DNA of 44,374 nucleotides from a virus (Duplodnaviria; Heunggongvirae; Uroviricota; Caudoviricetes): IMG/VR virus record IMGVR_UViG_2534681761_000010; one strand, 5' to 3'. Shown piece by piece: positions 44,350 to 44,374 of this stretch (position 1 is its first letter; each line of letters starts with the position of its first letter). The notes under the pieces were generated by a model. It saw only the letters and a program-made list of their open reading frames with translations, ran no database searches and was not told where the DNA came from. The position numbers and the translations under genes were made by a program.

Positions 44350-44374
44350 TGGCGGAAGCGCAGAGATTCGAACT
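44350..44374 (-). tRNA. tRNA-Ser(UGA) 3' end (T-arm, acceptor, CCA); gene body continues right of window; attR core
   Basis: Reverse complement of 44350-44374 is AGTTCGAATCTCTGCGCTTCCGCCA; together with the left-end fragment it reconstructs a class II tRNA-Ser. Confidence 0.7.

Noticed and set aside
1-44374. CRISPR arrays, reverse transcriptase (retron/DGR), restriction-modification methyltransferase, Stx/virulence toxin genes, serine invertase next to the tail fibre genes
   Set aside because: Looked for spacer-repeat periodicity, RT motifs, SAM-binding methyltransferase motifs and toxin-like ORFs in the moron positions; none were evident by eye.

Overview
The window is essentially one complete lambdoid prophage from an enterobacterial (E. 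coli-like) host, about 44 kb long, flanked by direct repeats of the 3' part of a tRNA-Ser(UGA) gene (attL core at 1-30, attR / tRNA 3' end at 44350-44374). Everything here is read by eye from the sequence and the ORF track; no database search or computation was run, and the similarities to lambda, RecE, Hok, RusA and FimB are from recollection. Left to right: int, xis and a RecE-like exonuclease on the minus strand; a palindrome-rich control region; an O-like replication gene with an embedded iteron origin; an AT-rich nested cargo island (6.2-11.7 kb); a hok-type toxin, rem-like gene, DUF968-like gene, rusA and a Q-like antiterminator; a divergent three-gene membrane-protein operon; a tR'-like terminator and tRNA cluster; a two-gene moron; the lysis cassette; then a lambda-like morphogenesis block (Nu1, A, W, B, a ClpP-protease::major-capsid fusion, FII, Z, U, V, G/T, H, M, L, K, I, J, lom, stf, tfa). 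The best candidates for an undescribed system are (1) the nested island, which carries a GIY-YIG nuclease, two large unknown proteins and a 200-aa FimB/Xer-size tyrosine recombinase, partitioned by four copies of a 24-bp 9-6-9 palindromic element that looks like a recombinase core site, and (2) the three-gene membrane-protein operon between Q and the late promoter. No cI/cro-type immunity genes, CRISPR array, reverse transcriptase or methyltransferase were recognised.
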